From Utricularia gibba (lineage: Eukaryota > Plantae > Magnoliophyta): a DNA stretch of 42,998 nt. The translations under genes were made by a program, and so were the position numbers. The stretch covers positions 1-42,998 of the forward strand of contig NEEC01000056.1 of assembly GCA_002189035.1 (NCBI GenBank), in the 5' to 3' direction. Shown here piece after piece: positions 13,201 to 28,400 of this stretch; position 1 is the first letter of the stretch, and every line of letters begins with the position of its first letter. The notes beneath the pieces were generated by a model that worked only from the letters and a program-made list of their open reading frames with translations, did no database searches and had not been told where the DNA came from.

Positions 13201-16194
13201 CGAGAACATGAAGCACATTATTAAATGCAGTCACCACGGAATGCCACGTGACACTGTTGTGGCTTAATATGTCCACAGTTATCGGACAAACGTAACTCCA
13301 AATTATAATACTTGGAGCTCGAAAAGGGCTTCCCAACAGTGTGCTATGAAGAGCAAGGATCTGCATGTTATGCAAGAGGTGCTTCGCGGACCAGGATGTG
13401 CGACGTAGTCATTTCATTGCGCATCATCATTCGGGGTGCATCCTAAAAATCACACGTGCACGGATTCATTAAAAATAAATATTTACGCATATCCAGAGTG
13501 TATAACAGTGTTGGGATAAGTGATGCCACGAAATTCATGATGTAGCATGTGACTTTTTTCCAACTTGATCGCATAGTAGATGAATTCTGACACCATATGT
13601 TTTGGCTTTGATTGATGCATTTAGTTGCTATGATACTTCTGATTCTTGATGCACCATTCCCGTATACCATGTCTCTAGTGGCTATTTGATTCTTTTGCCT
13701 TGTATGTTGTTCGCATCAATTTCGAGAACATGAAGCACATTATTAAATGCAGTCACCACGGAATGCCACGTGAGACACTTTTCGTTGTGGCTTGTTTTTA
13801 ATATGTCCACAGTTATCGGACAAACGTAACTCCAAATTATAATACTTGGAGCTCGAAAAGGGCTTTGTGCTATGAAGAGCAAGGATCTGCATGTTATGCA
13901 AGAGGTGCTTCGCGGACCAGGATGTGCGACGTAGTCATTTCATTGCGCATCATCATTCGGGGTGCATCCTAAAAATCACACGTGCACGGGATTCATTAAA
14001 AATAAATATTTACGCATATCCAGAGTGTATAACAGTGTTGGGATAAGTGATGCCACGAAATTCATGATGTAGCATGTGACTTTTTTCCAACTTGATCGCA
14101 TAGTAGATGAATTCTGACACCATATGTTTTGGCTTTTGATTGATGCATTTAGTTGCTATGATACTTCTGATTCTTGATGCACCATTCCCGTATACCATGT
14201 CTCTAGTGGCTATTTGATTCTTTTGCCTTGTATGTTGTTCGCATCAATTTCGAGAACATGAAGCACATTATTAAATGCAGTCACCACGGAATGCCACGTG
14301 AGACACTTTTCGTTGTGGCTTGTTTTTAATATGTCCACAGTTATCGGACAAACGTAACTCCAAATTATAATACTTGGAGCTCGAAAAGGGCTTCCCAACA
14401 GTGTGCTATGAAGAGCAAGGATCTGCATGTTATGCAAGAGGTGCTTCGCGGACCAGGATGTGCGACGTAGTCATTTCATTGCGCATCATCATTCGGGGTG
14501 CATCCTAAAAATCACACGTGCACGGATTCATTAAAAATAAATATTTACGCATATCCAGAGTGTATAACAGTGTTGGGATAAGTGATGCCACGAAATTCAT
14601 GATGTAGCATGTGACTTTTTTCCAACTTGATCGCATAGTAGATGAATTCTGACACCATATGTTTTGGCTTTTGATTGATGCATTTAGTTGCTATGATACT
14701 TCTGATTCTTGATGCACCATTCCCGTATACCATGTCTCTAGTGGCTATTTGATTCTTTTGCCTTGTATGTTGTTCGCATCAATTTCGAGAACATGAAGCA
14801 CATTATTAAATGCAGTCACCACGGAATGCCACGTGAGACACTTTTCGTTGTGGCTTGTTTTTAATATGTCCACAGTTATCGGACAAACGTAACTCCAAAT
14901 TATAATACTTGGAGCTCGAAAAGGGCTTCCCAACAGTGTGCTATGAAGAGCAAGGATCTGCATGTTATGCAAGAGGTGCTTCGCGGACCAGGATGTGCGA
15001 CGTAGTCATTTCATTGCGCATCATCATTCGGGGTGCATCCTAAAAATCACACGTGCACGGGATTCATTAAAAATAAATATTTACGCATATCCAGAGTGTA
15101 TAACAGTGTTGGGATAAGTGATGCCACGAAATTCATGATGTAGCATGTGACTTTTTTCCAACTTGATCGCATAGTAGATGAATTCTGACACCATATGTTT
15201 TGGCTTTTGATTGATGCATTTAGTTGCTATGATACTTCTGATTCTTGATGCACCATTCCCGTATACCATGTCTCTAGTGGCTATTTGATTCTTTTGCCTT
15301 GTATGTTGTTCGCATCAATTTCGAGAACATGAAGCACATTATTAAATGCAGTCACCACGGAATGCCACGTGAGACACTTTTCGTTGTGGCTTGTTTTTAA
15401 TATGTCCACAGTTATCGGACAAACGTAACTCCAAATTATAATACTTGGAGCTCGAAAAGGGCTTCCCAACAGTGTGCTATGAAGAGCAAGGATCTGCATG
15501 TTATGCAAGAGGTGCTTCGCGGACCAGGATGTGCGACGTAGTCATTTCATTGCGCATCATCATTCGGGGTGCATCCTAAAAATCACACGTGCACGGGATT
15601 CATTAAAAATAAATATTTACGCATATCCAGAGTGTATAACAGTGTTGGGATAAGTGATGCCACGAAATTCATGATGTAGCATGTGACTTTTTTCCAACTT
15701 GATCGCATAGTAGATGAATTCTGACACCATATGTTTTGGCTTTTGATTGATGCATTTAGTTGCTATGATACTTCTGATTCTTGATGCACCATTCCCGTAT
15801 ACCATGTCTCTAGTGGCTATTTGATTCTTTTGCCTTGTATGTTGTTCGCATCAATTTCGAGAACATGAAGCACATTATTAAATGCAGTCACCACGGAATG
15901 CCACGTGAGACACTTTTCGTTGTGGCTTGTTTTTAATATGTCCACAGTTATCGGACAAACGTAACTCCAAATTATAATACTTGGAGCTCGAAAAGGGCTT
16001 CCCAACAGTGTGCTATGAAGAGCAAGGATCTGCATGTTATGCAAGAGGTGCTTCGCGGACCAGGATGTGCGACGTAGTCATTTCATTGCGCATCATCATT
16101 CGGGGTGCATCCTAAAAATCACACGTGCACGGGATTCATTAAAAATAAATATTTACGCATATCCAGAGTGTATAACAGTGTTGGGATAAGTGAT

Positions 16195-16520
16195 GCACGA
16201 AATTCATGATGTAGCATGTGACTTTTTTCCAACTTGATCGCATAGTAGATGAATTCTGACACGTTTTGATTGATGCATTTAGTTGCTATGATACTTCTGA
16301 TATGCACCATTGTATACCATGTCTCTAGTGGCTATTTGATTCATCGGAGAACATGAAGCGCATTGTTTAATATGTCCACAGTTATCGGGAGCTCGAAAAT
16401 GAAAGGATCTGCATGTTATGCAAGAACCAGGATGTGCGACGTAGTCATTTCATTGCGCATCATCATTCGGGGTGCATCCTAGTTTCATTAAAAATAAATA
16501 TTTACGCATATCCAGTGTTG
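16195..16520. other. Degenerate monomer segment with many small deletions (about 200 bp net loss)
   Basis: ORF anchors 15617 and 17026 are 1409 bp apart instead of 3x536=1608. The sequence is collinear with consensus but has numerous gaps. Confidence 0.85.
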
Positions 16521-19500
16521 GGATAAGTGATGCCACGAAATTCATGATGTAGCATGTGACTTTTTTCCAACTTGATCGCATAGTAGATGAATTCTGACAC
16601 CATATGTTTTGGCTTTTGATTGATGCATTTAGTTGCTATGATACTTCTGATTCTTGATGCACCATTCCCGTATACCATGTCTCTAGTGGCTATTTGATTC
16701 TTTTGCCTTGTATGTTGTTCGCATCAATTTCGAGAACATGAAGCACATTATTAAATGCAGTCACCACGGAATGCCACGTGAGACACTTTTCGTTGTGGCT
16801 TGTTTTTAATATGTCCACAGTTATCGGACAAACGTAACTCCAAATTATAATACTTGGAGCTCGAAAAGGGCTTCCCAACAGTGTGCTATGAAGAGCAAGG
16901 ATCTGCATGTTATGCAAGAGGTGCTTCGCGGACCAGGATGTGCGACGTAGTCATTTCATTGCGCATCATCATTCGGGGTGCATCCTAAAAATCACACGTG
17001 CACGGGATTCATTAAAAATAAATATTTACGCATATCCAGAGTGTATAACAGTGTTGGGATAAGTGATGCCACGAAATTCATGATGTAGCATGTGACTTTT
17101 TTCCAACTTGATCGCATAGTAGATGAATTCTGACACCATATGTTTTGGCTTTTGATTGATGCATTTAGTTGCTATGATACTTCTGATTCTTGATGCACCA
17201 TTCCCGTATACCATGTCTCTAGTGGCTATTTGATTCTTTTGCCTTGTATGTTGTTCGCATCAATTTCGAGAACATGAAGCACATTATTAAATGCAGTCAC
17301 CACGGAATGCCACGTGAGACACTTTTCGTTGTGGCTTGTTTTTAATATGTCCACAGTTATCGGACAAACGTAACTCCAAATTATAATACTTGGAGCTCGA
17401 AAAGGGCTTCCCAACAGTGTGCTATGAAGAGCAAGGATCTGCATGTTATGCAAGAGGTGCTTCGCGGACCAGGATGTGCGACGTAGTCATTTCATTGCGC
17501 ATCATCATTCGGGGTGCATCCTAAAAATCACACGTGCACGGGATTCATTAAAAATAAATATTTACGCATATCCAGAGTGTATAACAGTGTTGGGATAAGT
17601 GATGCCACGAAATTCATGATGTAGCATGTGACTTTTTTCCAACTTGATCGCATAGTAGATGAATTCTGACACCATATGTTTTGGCTTTTGATTGATGCAT
17701 TTAGTTGCTATGATACTTCTGATTCTTGATGCACCATTCCCGTATACCATGTCTCTAGTGGCTATTTGATTCTTTTGCCTTGTATGTTGTTCGCATCAAT
17801 TTCGAGAACATGAAGCACATTATTAAATGCAGTCACCACGGAATGCCACGTGAGACACTTTTCGTTGTGGCTTGTTTTTAATATGTCCACAGTTATCGGA
17901 CAAACGTAACTCCAAATTATAATACTTGGAGCTCGAAAAGGGCTTCCCAACAGTGTGCTATGAAGAGCAAGGATCTGCATGTTATGCAAGAGGTGCTTCG
18001 CGGACCAGGATGTGCGACGTAGTCATTTCATTGCGCATCATCATTCGGGGTGCATCCTAAAAATCACACGTGCACGGGATTCATTAAAAATAAATATTTA
18101 CGCATATCCAGAGTGTATAACAGTGTTGGGATAAGTGATGCCACGAAATTCATGATGTAGCATGTGACTTTTTTCCAACTTGATCGCATAGTAGATGAAT
18201 TCTGACACCATATGTTTTGGCTTTTGATTGATGCATTTAGTTGCTATGATACTTCTGATTCTTGATGCACCATTCCCGTATACCATGTCTCTAGTGGCTA
18301 TTTGATTCTTTTGCCTTGTATGTTGTTCGCATCAATTTCGAGAACATGAAGCACATTATTAAATGCAGTCACCACGGAATGCCACGTGAGACACTTTTCG
18401 TTGTGGCTTGTTTTTAATATGTCCACAGTTATCGGACAAACGTAACTCCAAATTATAATACTTGGAGCTCGAAAAGGGCTTCCCAACAGTGTGCTATGAA
18501 GAGCAAGGATCTGCATGTTATGCAAGAGGTGCTTCGCGGACCAGGATGTGCGACGTAGTCATTTCATTGCGCATCATCATTCGGGGTGCATCCTAAAAAT
18601 CACACGTGCACGGGATTCATTAAAAATAAATATTTACGCATATCCAGAGTGTATAACAGTGTTGGGATAAGTGATGCCACGAAATTCATGATGTAGCATG
18701 TGACTTTTTTCCAACTTGATCGCATAGTAGATGAATTCTGACACCATATGTTTTGGCTTTTGATTGATGCATTTAGTTGCTATGATACTTCTGATTCTTG
18801 ATGCACCATTCCCGTATACCATGTCTCTAGTGGCTATTTGATTCTTTTGCCTTGTATGTTGTTCGCATCAATTTCGAGAACATGAAGCACATTATTAAAT
18901 GCAGTCACCACGGAATGCCACGTGAGACACTTTTCGTTGTGGCTTGTTTTTAATATGTCCACAGTTATCGGACAAACGTAACTCCAAATTATAATACTTG
19001 GAGCTCGAAAAGGGCTTCCCAACAGTGTGCTATGAAGAGCAAGGATCTGCATGTTATGCAAGAGGTGCTTCGCGGACCAGGATGTGCGACGTAGTCATTT
19101 CATTGCGCATCATCATTCGGGGTGCATCCTAAAAATCACACGTGCACGGGATTCATTAAAAATAAATATTTACGCATATCCAGAGTGTATAACAGTGTTG
19201 GGATAAGTGATGCCACGAAATTCATGATGTAGCATGTGACTTTTTTCCAACTTGATCGCATAGTAGATGAATTCTGACACCATATGTTTTGGCTTTTGAT
19301 TGATGCATTTAGTTGCTATGATACTTCTGATTCTTGATGCACCATTCCCGTATACCATGTCTCTAGTGGCTATTTGATTCTTTTGCCTTGTATGTTGTTC
19401 GCATCAATTTCGAGAACATGAAGCACATTATTAAATGCAGTCACCACGGAATGCCACGTGAGACACTTTTCGTTGTGGCTTGTTTTTAATATGTCCACAG

Positions 19501-22500
19501 TTATCGGACAAACGTAACTCCAAATTATAATACTTGGAGCTCGAAAAGGGCTTCCCAACAGTGTGCTATGAAGAGCAAGGATCTGCATGTTATGCAAGAG
19601 GTGCTTCGCGGACCAGGATGTGCGACGTAGTCATTTCATTGCGCATCATCATTCGGGGTGCATCCTAAAAATCACACGTGCACGGATTCATTAAAAATAA
19701 ATATTTACGCATATCCAGAGTGTATAACAGTGTTGGGATAAGTGATGCCACGAAATTCATGATGTAGCATGTGACTTTTTTCCAACTTGATCGCATAGTA
19801 GATGAATTCTGACACCATATGTTTTGGCTTTTGATTGATGCATTTAGTTGCTATGATACTTCTGATTCTTGATGCACCATTCCCGTATACCATGTCTCTA
19901 GTGGCTATTTGATTCTTTTGCCTTGTATGTTGTTCGCATCAATTTCGAGAACATGAAGCACATTATTAAATGCAGTCACCACGGAATGCCACGTGAGACA
20001 CTTTTCGTTGTGGCTTGTTTTTAATATGTCCACAGTTATCGGACAAACGTAACTCCAAATTATAATACTTGGAGCTCGAAAAGGGCTTCCCAACAGTGTG
20101 CTATGAAGAGCAAGGATCTGCATGTTATGCAAGAGGTGCTTCGCGGACCAGGATGTGCGACGTAGTCATTTCATTGCGCATCATCATTCGGGGTGCATCC
20201 TAAAAATCACACGTGCACGGGATTCATTAAAAATAAATATTTACGCATATCCAGAGTGTATAACAGTGTTGGGATAAGTGATGCCACGAAATTCATGATG
20301 TAGCATGTGACTTTTTTCCAACTTGATCGCATAGTAGATGAATTCTGACACCATATGTTTTGGCTTTTGATTGATGCATTTAGTTGCTATGATACTTCTG
20401 ATTCTTGATGCACCATTCCCGTATACCATGTCTCTAGTGGCTATTTGATTCTTTTGCCTTGTATGTTGTTCGCATCAATTTCGAGAACATGAAGCACATT
20501 ATTAAATGCAGTCACCACGGAATGCCACGTGAGACACTTTTCGTTGTGGCTTGTTTTTAATATGTCCACAGTTATCGGACAAACGTAACTCCAAATTATA
20601 ATACTTGGAGCTCGAAAAGGGCTTCCCAACAGTGTGCTATGAAGAGCAAGGATCTGCATGTTATGCAAGAGGTGCTTCGCGGACCAGGATGTGCGACGTA
20701 GTCATTTCATTGCGCATCATCATTCGGGGTGCATGTGCACGGGATTCATTAAAAATAAATATTTACGCATATCCAGAGTGTATAACAGTGTTGGGATAAG
20801 TGATGCACGAAATTCATGATGTAGCATGTGACTTTTTTCCAACTTGATCGCATAGTAGATGAATTCTGACACCATATGTTTTGGCTTTTGATTGATGCAT
20901 TTAGTTGCTATGATACTTCTGATTCTTGATGCACCATTCCCGTATACCATGTCTCTAGTGGCTATTTGATTCTTTTGCCTTGTATGTTGTTCGCATCAAT
21001 TTCGAGAACATGAAGCACATTATTAAATGCAGTCACCACGGAATGCCACGTGAGACACTTTTCGTTGTGGCTTGTTTTTAATATGTCCACAGTTATCGGA
21101 CAAACGTAACTCCAAATTATAATACTTGGAGCTCGAAAAGGGCTTCCGTGTGCTATGAAGAGCAAGGATCTGCATGTTATGCAAGAGGTGCTTCGCGGAC
21201 CAGGATGTGCGACGTAGTCATTTCATTGCGCATCATCATTCGGGGTGCATCCTAAAAATCACACGTGCACGGGATTCATTAAAAATAAATATTTACGCAT
21301 ATCCAGAGTGTATAACAGTGTTGGGATAAGTGATGCCACGAAATTCATGATGTAGCATGTGACTTTTTTCCAACTTGATCGCATAGTAGATGAATTCTGA
21401 CACCATATGTTTTGGCTTTTGATTGATGCATTTAGTTGCTATGATACTTCTGATTCTTGATGCACCATTCCCGTATACCATGTCTCTAGTGGCTATTTGA
21501 TTCTTTTGCCTTGTATGTTGTTCGCATCAATTTCGAGAACATGAAGCACATTATTAAATGCAGTCACCACGGAATGCCACGTGAGACACTTTTCGTTGTG
21601 GCTTGTTTTATAATATGTCCACAGTTATCGGTGTCGACTGTGCTATGTCTGCATGTTATGCAAGAGGTGCTTCGCGGACCAGGATGTGCGACGTAGTCAT
21701 TTCATTGCGCATCATCATTCGGGGTGCATCCTAAAAATCACACGTGCACGGGATTCATTAAAAATAAATATTTACGCATATCCAGAGTGTATAACAGTGT
21801 TGGGATAAGTGATGCCACGAAATTCATGATGTAGCATGTGACTTTTTTCCAACTTGATCGCATAGTAGATGAATTCTGACACCATATGTTTTGGCTTTGA
21901 TTGATGCATTTAGTTGCTATGATACTTCTGATTCTTGATGCACCATTCCCGTATACCATGTCTCTAGTGGCTATTTGATTCTTTTGCCTTGTATGTTGTT
22001 CGCATCAATTTCGAGAACATGAAGCACATTATTAAATGCAGTCACCACGGAATGCCACGTGAGACACTTTTCGTTGTGGCTTGTTTTTAATATGTCCACA
22101 GTTATCGGACAAACGTAACTCCAAATTATAATACTTGGAGCTCGAAAAGGGCTTCCCAACAGTGTGCTATGAAGAGCAAGGATCTGCATGTTATGCAAGA
22201 GGTGCTTCGCGGACCAGGATGTGCGACGTAGTCATTTCATTGCGCATCATCATTCGGGGTGCATCCTAAAAATCACACGTGCACGGGATTCATTAAAAAT
22301 AAATATTTACGCATATCCAGAGTGTATAACAGTGTTGGGATAAGTGATGCCACGAAATTCATGATGTAGCATGTGACTTTTTTCCAACTTGATCGCATAG
22401 TAGATGAATTCTGACACCATATGTTTTGGCTTTTGATTGATGCATTTAGTTGCTATGATACTTCTGATTCTTGATGCACCATTCCCGTATACCATGTCTC

Positions 22501-25298
22501 TAGTGGCTATTTGATTCTTTTGCCTTGTATGTTGTTCGCATCAATTTCGAGAACATGAAGCACATTATTAAATGCAGTCACCACGGAATGCCACGTGAGA
22601 CACTTTTCGTTGTGGCTTGTTTTTAATATGTCCACAGTTATCGGACAAACGTAACTCCAAATTATAATACTTGGAGCTCGAAAAGGGCTTCCCAACAGTG
22701 TGCTATGAAGAGCAAGGATCTGCATGTTATGCAAGAGGTGCTTCGCGGACCAGGATGTGCGACGTAGTCATTTCATTGCGCATCATCATTCGGGGTGCAT
22801 CCTAAAAATCACACGTGCACGGGATTCATTAAAAATAAATATTTACGCATATCCAGAGTGTATAACAGTGTTGGGATAAGTGATGCCACGAAATTCATGA
22901 TGTAGCATGTGACTTTTTTCCAACTTGATCGCATAGTAGATGAATTCTGACACCATATGTTTTGGCTTTTGATTGATGCATTTAGTTGCTATGATACTTC
23001 TGATTCTTGATGCACCATTCCCGTATACCATGTCTCTAGTGGCTATTTGATTCTTTTGCCTTGTATGTTGTTCGCATCAATTTCGAGAACATGAAGCACA
23101 TTATTAAATGCAGTCACCACGGAATGCCACGTGAGACACTTTTCGTTGTGGCTTGTTTTTAATATGTCCACAGTTATCGGACAAACGTAACTCCAAATTA
23201 TAATACTTGGAGCTCGAAAAGGGCTTCCCAACAGTGTGCTATGAAGAGCAAGGATCTGCATGTTATGCAAGAGGTGCTTCGCGGACCAGGATGTGCGACG
23301 TAGTCATTTCATTGCGCATCATCATTCGGGGTGCATCCTAAAAATCACACGTGCACGGGATTCATTAAAAATAAATATTTACGCATATCCAGAGTGTATA
23401 ACAGTGTTGGGATAAGTGATGCCACGAAATTCATGATGTAGCATGTGACTTTTTTCCAACTTGATCGCATAGTAGATGAATTCTGACACCATATGTTTTG
23501 GCTTTTGATTGATGCATTTAGTTGCTATGATACTTCTGATTCTTGATGCACCATTCCCGTATACCATGTCTCTAGTGGCTATTTGATTCTTTTGCCTTGT
23601 ATGTTGTTCGCATCAATTTCGAGAACATGAAGCACATTATTAAATGCAGTCACCACGGAATGCCACGTGAGACACTTTTCGTTGTGGCTTGTTTTTAATA
23701 TGTCCACAGTTATCGGACAAACGTAACTCCAAATTATAATACTTGGAGCTCGAAAAGGGCTTCCCAACAGTGTGCTATGAAGAGCAAGGATCTGCATGTT
23801 ATGCAAGAGGTGCTTCGCGGACCAGGATGTGCGACGTAGTCATTTCATTGCGCATCATCATTCGGGGTGCATCCTAAAAATCACACGTGCACGGATTCAT
23901 TAAAAATAAATATTTACGCATATCCAGAGTGTATAACAGTGTTGGGATAAGTGATGCCACGAAATTCATGATGTAGCATGTGACTTTTTTCCAACTTGAT
24001 CGCATAGTAGATGAATTCTGACACCATATGTTTTGGCTTTTGATTGATGCATTTAGTTGCTATGATACTTCTGATTCTTGATGCACCATTCCCGTATACC
24101 ATGTCTCTAGTGGCTATTTGATTCTTTTGCCTTGTATGTTGTTCGCATCAATTTCGAGAACATGAAGCACATTATTAAATGCAGTCACCACGGAATGCCA
24201 CGTGAGACACTTTTCGTTGTGGCTTTTTTTAATATGTCCACAGTTATCGGACAAACGTAACTCCAAATTATAATACTTGGAGCTCGAAAAGGGCTTCCCA
24301 ACAGTGTGCTATGAAGAGCAAGGATCTGCATGTTATGCAAGAGGTGCTTCGCGGACCAGGATGTGCGACGTAGTCATTTCATTGCGCATCATCATTCGGG
24401 GTGCATCCTAAAAATCACACGTGCACGGGATTCATTAAAAATAAATATTTACGCATATCCAGAGTGTATAACAGTGTTGGGATAAGTGATGCCACGAAAT
24501 TCATGATGTAGCATGTGACTTTTTTCCAACTTGATCGCATAGTAGATGAATTCTGACACCATATGTTTTGGCTTTGATTGATGCATTTAGTTGCTATGAT
24601 ACTTCTGATTCTTGATGCACCATTCCCGTATACCATGTCTCTAGTGGCTATTTGATTCTTTTGCCTTGTATGTTGTTCGCATCAATTTCGAGAACATGAA
24701 GCACATTATTAAATGCAGTCACCACGGAATGCCACGTGAGACACTTTTCGTTGTGGCTTGTTTTTAATATGTCCACAGTTATCGGACAAACGTAACTCCA
24801 AATTATAATACTTGGAGCTCGAAAAGGGCTTCCCAACAGTGTGCTATGAAGAGCAAGGATCTGCATGTTATGCAAGAGGTGCTTCGCGGACCAGGATGTG
24901 CGACGTAGTCATTTCATTGCGCATCATCATTCGGGTGCATCCTAAAAATCACACGTGCACGGGATTCACGCATATCCAGAGTGTATAACAGTATAAGTGA
25001 TGCCACGAAATTCATGATGTAGCATGTGACTTTTTTCCAACTTGATCGCATAGTAGATGAATTCTGACACCATATGTTTTGGCTTTTGATTGATGCATTT
25101 AGTTGCTATGATACTTCTGATTCTTGATGCACCATTCCCGTATACCATGTCTCTAGTGGCTATTTGATTCTTTTGCCTTGTATGTTGTTCGCATCAATTT
25201 CGAGAACATGAAGCACATTATTAAATGCAGTCACCACGGAATGCCACGTGAGACACTTTTCGTTGTGGCTTGTTTTTAATATGTCCACAGTTATCGGA

Positions 25299-25419
25299 CA
25301 AACGTAACTCCAAATTATAATACTTGGAGCTCGAAAAGGGCTTCCCCCAGCACATTGCTGCATTTAAGTTGCAAACGTAACTCCAAATTATAATACTTGG
25401 AGCTCGAAAAGGGCTTCCC
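25299..25419 (+). repeat. 48-bp local direct duplication (25299-25346 and 25372-25419) separated by a 25-bp non-consensus insert
   Basis: CAAACGTAACTCCAAATTATAATACTTGGAGCTCGAAAAGGGCTTCCC occurs twice around CCAGCACATTGCTGCATTTAAGTTG. Confidence 0.8.
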
Positions 25420-28400
25420 AACAGTGTGCTATGAAGAGCAAGGATCTGCATGTTATGCAAGAGGTGCTTCGCGGACCAGGATGTGCGACGTAGTCATTTC
25501 ATTGCGCATCATCATTCGGGGTGCATCCTAAAAATCACACGTGCACGGATTCATTAAAAATAAATATTTACGCATATCCAGAGTGTATAACAGTGTTGGG
25601 ATAAGTGATGCCACGAAATTCATGATGTAGCATGTGACTTTTTTCCAACTTGATCGCATAGTAGATGAATTCTGACACCATATGTTTTGGCTTTTGATTG
25701 ATGCATTTAGTTGCTATGATACTTCTGATTCTTGATGCACCATTCCCGTATACCATGTCTCTAGTGGCTATTTGATTCTTTTGCCTTGTATGTTGTTCGC
25801 ATCAATTTCGAGAACATGAAGCACATTATTAAATGCAGTCACCACGGAATGCCACGTGAGACACTTTTCGTTGTGGCTTTTTTTAATATGTCCACAGTTA
25901 TCGGACAAACGTAACTCCAAATTATAATACTTGGAGCTCGAAAAGGGCTTCCCAACAGTGTGCTATGAAGAGCAAGGATCTGCATGTTATGCAAGAGGTG
26001 CTTCGCGGACCAGGATGTGCGACGTAGTCATTTCATTGCGCATCATCATTCGGGGTGCATCCTAAAAATCACACGTGCACGGATTCATTAAAAATAAATA
26101 TTTACGCATATCCAGAGTGTATAACAGTGTTGGGATAAGTGATGCCACGAAATTCATGATGTAGCATGTGACTTTTTTCCAACTTGATCGCATAGTAGAT
26201 GAATTCTGACACCATATGTTTTGGCTTTTGATTGATGCATTTAGTTGCTATGATACTTCTGATTCTTGATGCACCATTCCCGTATACCATGTCTCTAGTG
26301 GCTATTTGATTCTTTTGCCTTGTATGTTGTTCGCATCAATTTCGAGAACATGAAGCACATTATTAAATGCAATCACCACGGAATGCCACGTGAGACACTT
26401 TTCGTTGTGGCTTGTTTTTAATATGTCCACAGTTATCGGACAAACGTAACTCCAAATTATAATACTTGGAGCTCGAAAAGGGCTTCCCAACACTGTGCTA
26501 TGAAGAGCAAGGATCTGCATGTTATGCAAGAGGTGCTTCGCGGACCAGGATGTGCGACGTAGTCATTTCATTGCGCATCATCATTCGGGGTGCATCCTAA
26601 AAATCACACGTGCACGGGATTCATTAAAAATAAATATTTACGCATATCCAGAGTGTATAACAGTGTTGGGATAAGTGATGCCGAAATTCATGATGTAGCA
26701 TGTGACTTTTTTCCAACTTGATCGCATAGTAGATGAATTCTGACACCATATGTTTTGGCTTTGATTGATGCATTTAGTTGCTATGATACTTCTGATTCTT
26801 GATGCACCATTCCCGTATACCATGTCTCTAGTGGCTATTTGATTCTTTTGCCTTGTATGTTGTTCGCATCAATTTCGAGAACATGAAGCACATTATTAAA
26901 TGCAGTCACCACGGAATGCCACGTGAGACACTTTTCGTTGTGGCTTGTTTTTAATATGTCCACAGTTATCGGACAAACGTAACTCCAAATTATAATACTT
27001 GGAGCTCGAAAAGGGCTTCCCAACACTGTGCTATGAAGAGCAAGGATCTGCATGTTATGCAAGAGGTGCTTCGCGGACCAGGATGTGCGACGTAGTCATT
27101 TCATTGCGCATCATCATTCGGGGTGCATCCTAAAAATCACACGTGCACGGATTCATTAAAAATAAATATTTACGCATATCCAGAGTGTATAACAGTGTTG
27201 GGATAAGTGATGCCACGAAATTCATGATGTAGCATGTGACTTTTTTCCAACTTGATCGCATAGTAGATGAATTCTGACACCATATGTTTTGGCTTTTGAT
27301 TGATGCATTTAGTTGCTATGATACTTCTGATTCTTGATGCACCATTCCCGTATACCATGTCTCTAGTGGCTATTTGATTCTTTTGCCTTGTATGTTGTTC
27401 GCATCAATTTCGAGAACATGAAGCACATTATTAAATGCAGTCACCACGGAATGCCACGTGAGACACTTTTCGTTGTGGCTTGTTTTTAATATGTCCACAG
27501 TTATCGGACAAACGTAACTCCAAATTATAATACTTGGAGCTCGAAAAGGGCTTCCCAACAGTGTGCTATGAAGAGCAAGGATCTGCATGTTATGCAAGAG
27601 GTGCTTCGCGGACCAGGATGTGCGACGTAGTCATTTCATTGCGCATCATCATTCGGGTGCATCCTAAAAATCACACGTGCACGGGATTCATTAAAAATAA
27701 ATATTTACGCATATCCAGAGTGTATAACAGTGTTGGGATAAGTGATGCCACGAAATTCATGATGTAGCATGTGACTTTTTTCCAACTTGATCGCATAGTA
27801 GATGAATTCTGACACCATATGTTTTGGCTTTTGATTGATGCATTTAGTTGCTATGATACTTCTGATTCTTGATGCACCATTCCCGTATACCATGTCTCTA
27901 GTGGCTATTTGATTCTTTTGCCTTGTATGTTGTTCGCATCAATTTCGAGAACATGAAGCACATTATTAAATGCAGTCACCACGGAATGCCACGTGAGACA
28001 CTTTTCGTTGTGGCTTGTTTTTAATATGTCCACAGTTATCGGACAAACGTAACTCCAAATTATAATACTTGGAGCTCGAAAAGGGCTTCCCAACACTGTG
28101 CTATGAAGAGCAAGGATCTGCATGTTATGCAAGAGGTGCTTCGCGGACCAGGATGTGCGACGTAGTCATTTCATTGCGCATCATCATTCGGGGTGCATCC
28201 TAAAAATCACACGTGCACGGGATTCATTAAAAATAAATATTTACGCATATCCAGAGTGTATAACAGTGTTGGGATAAGTGATGCCACGAAATTCATGATG
28301 TAGCATGTGACTTTTTTCCAACTTGATCGCATAGTAGATGAATTCTGACACCATATGTTTTGGCTTTTGATTGATGCATTTAGTTGCTATGATACTTCTG

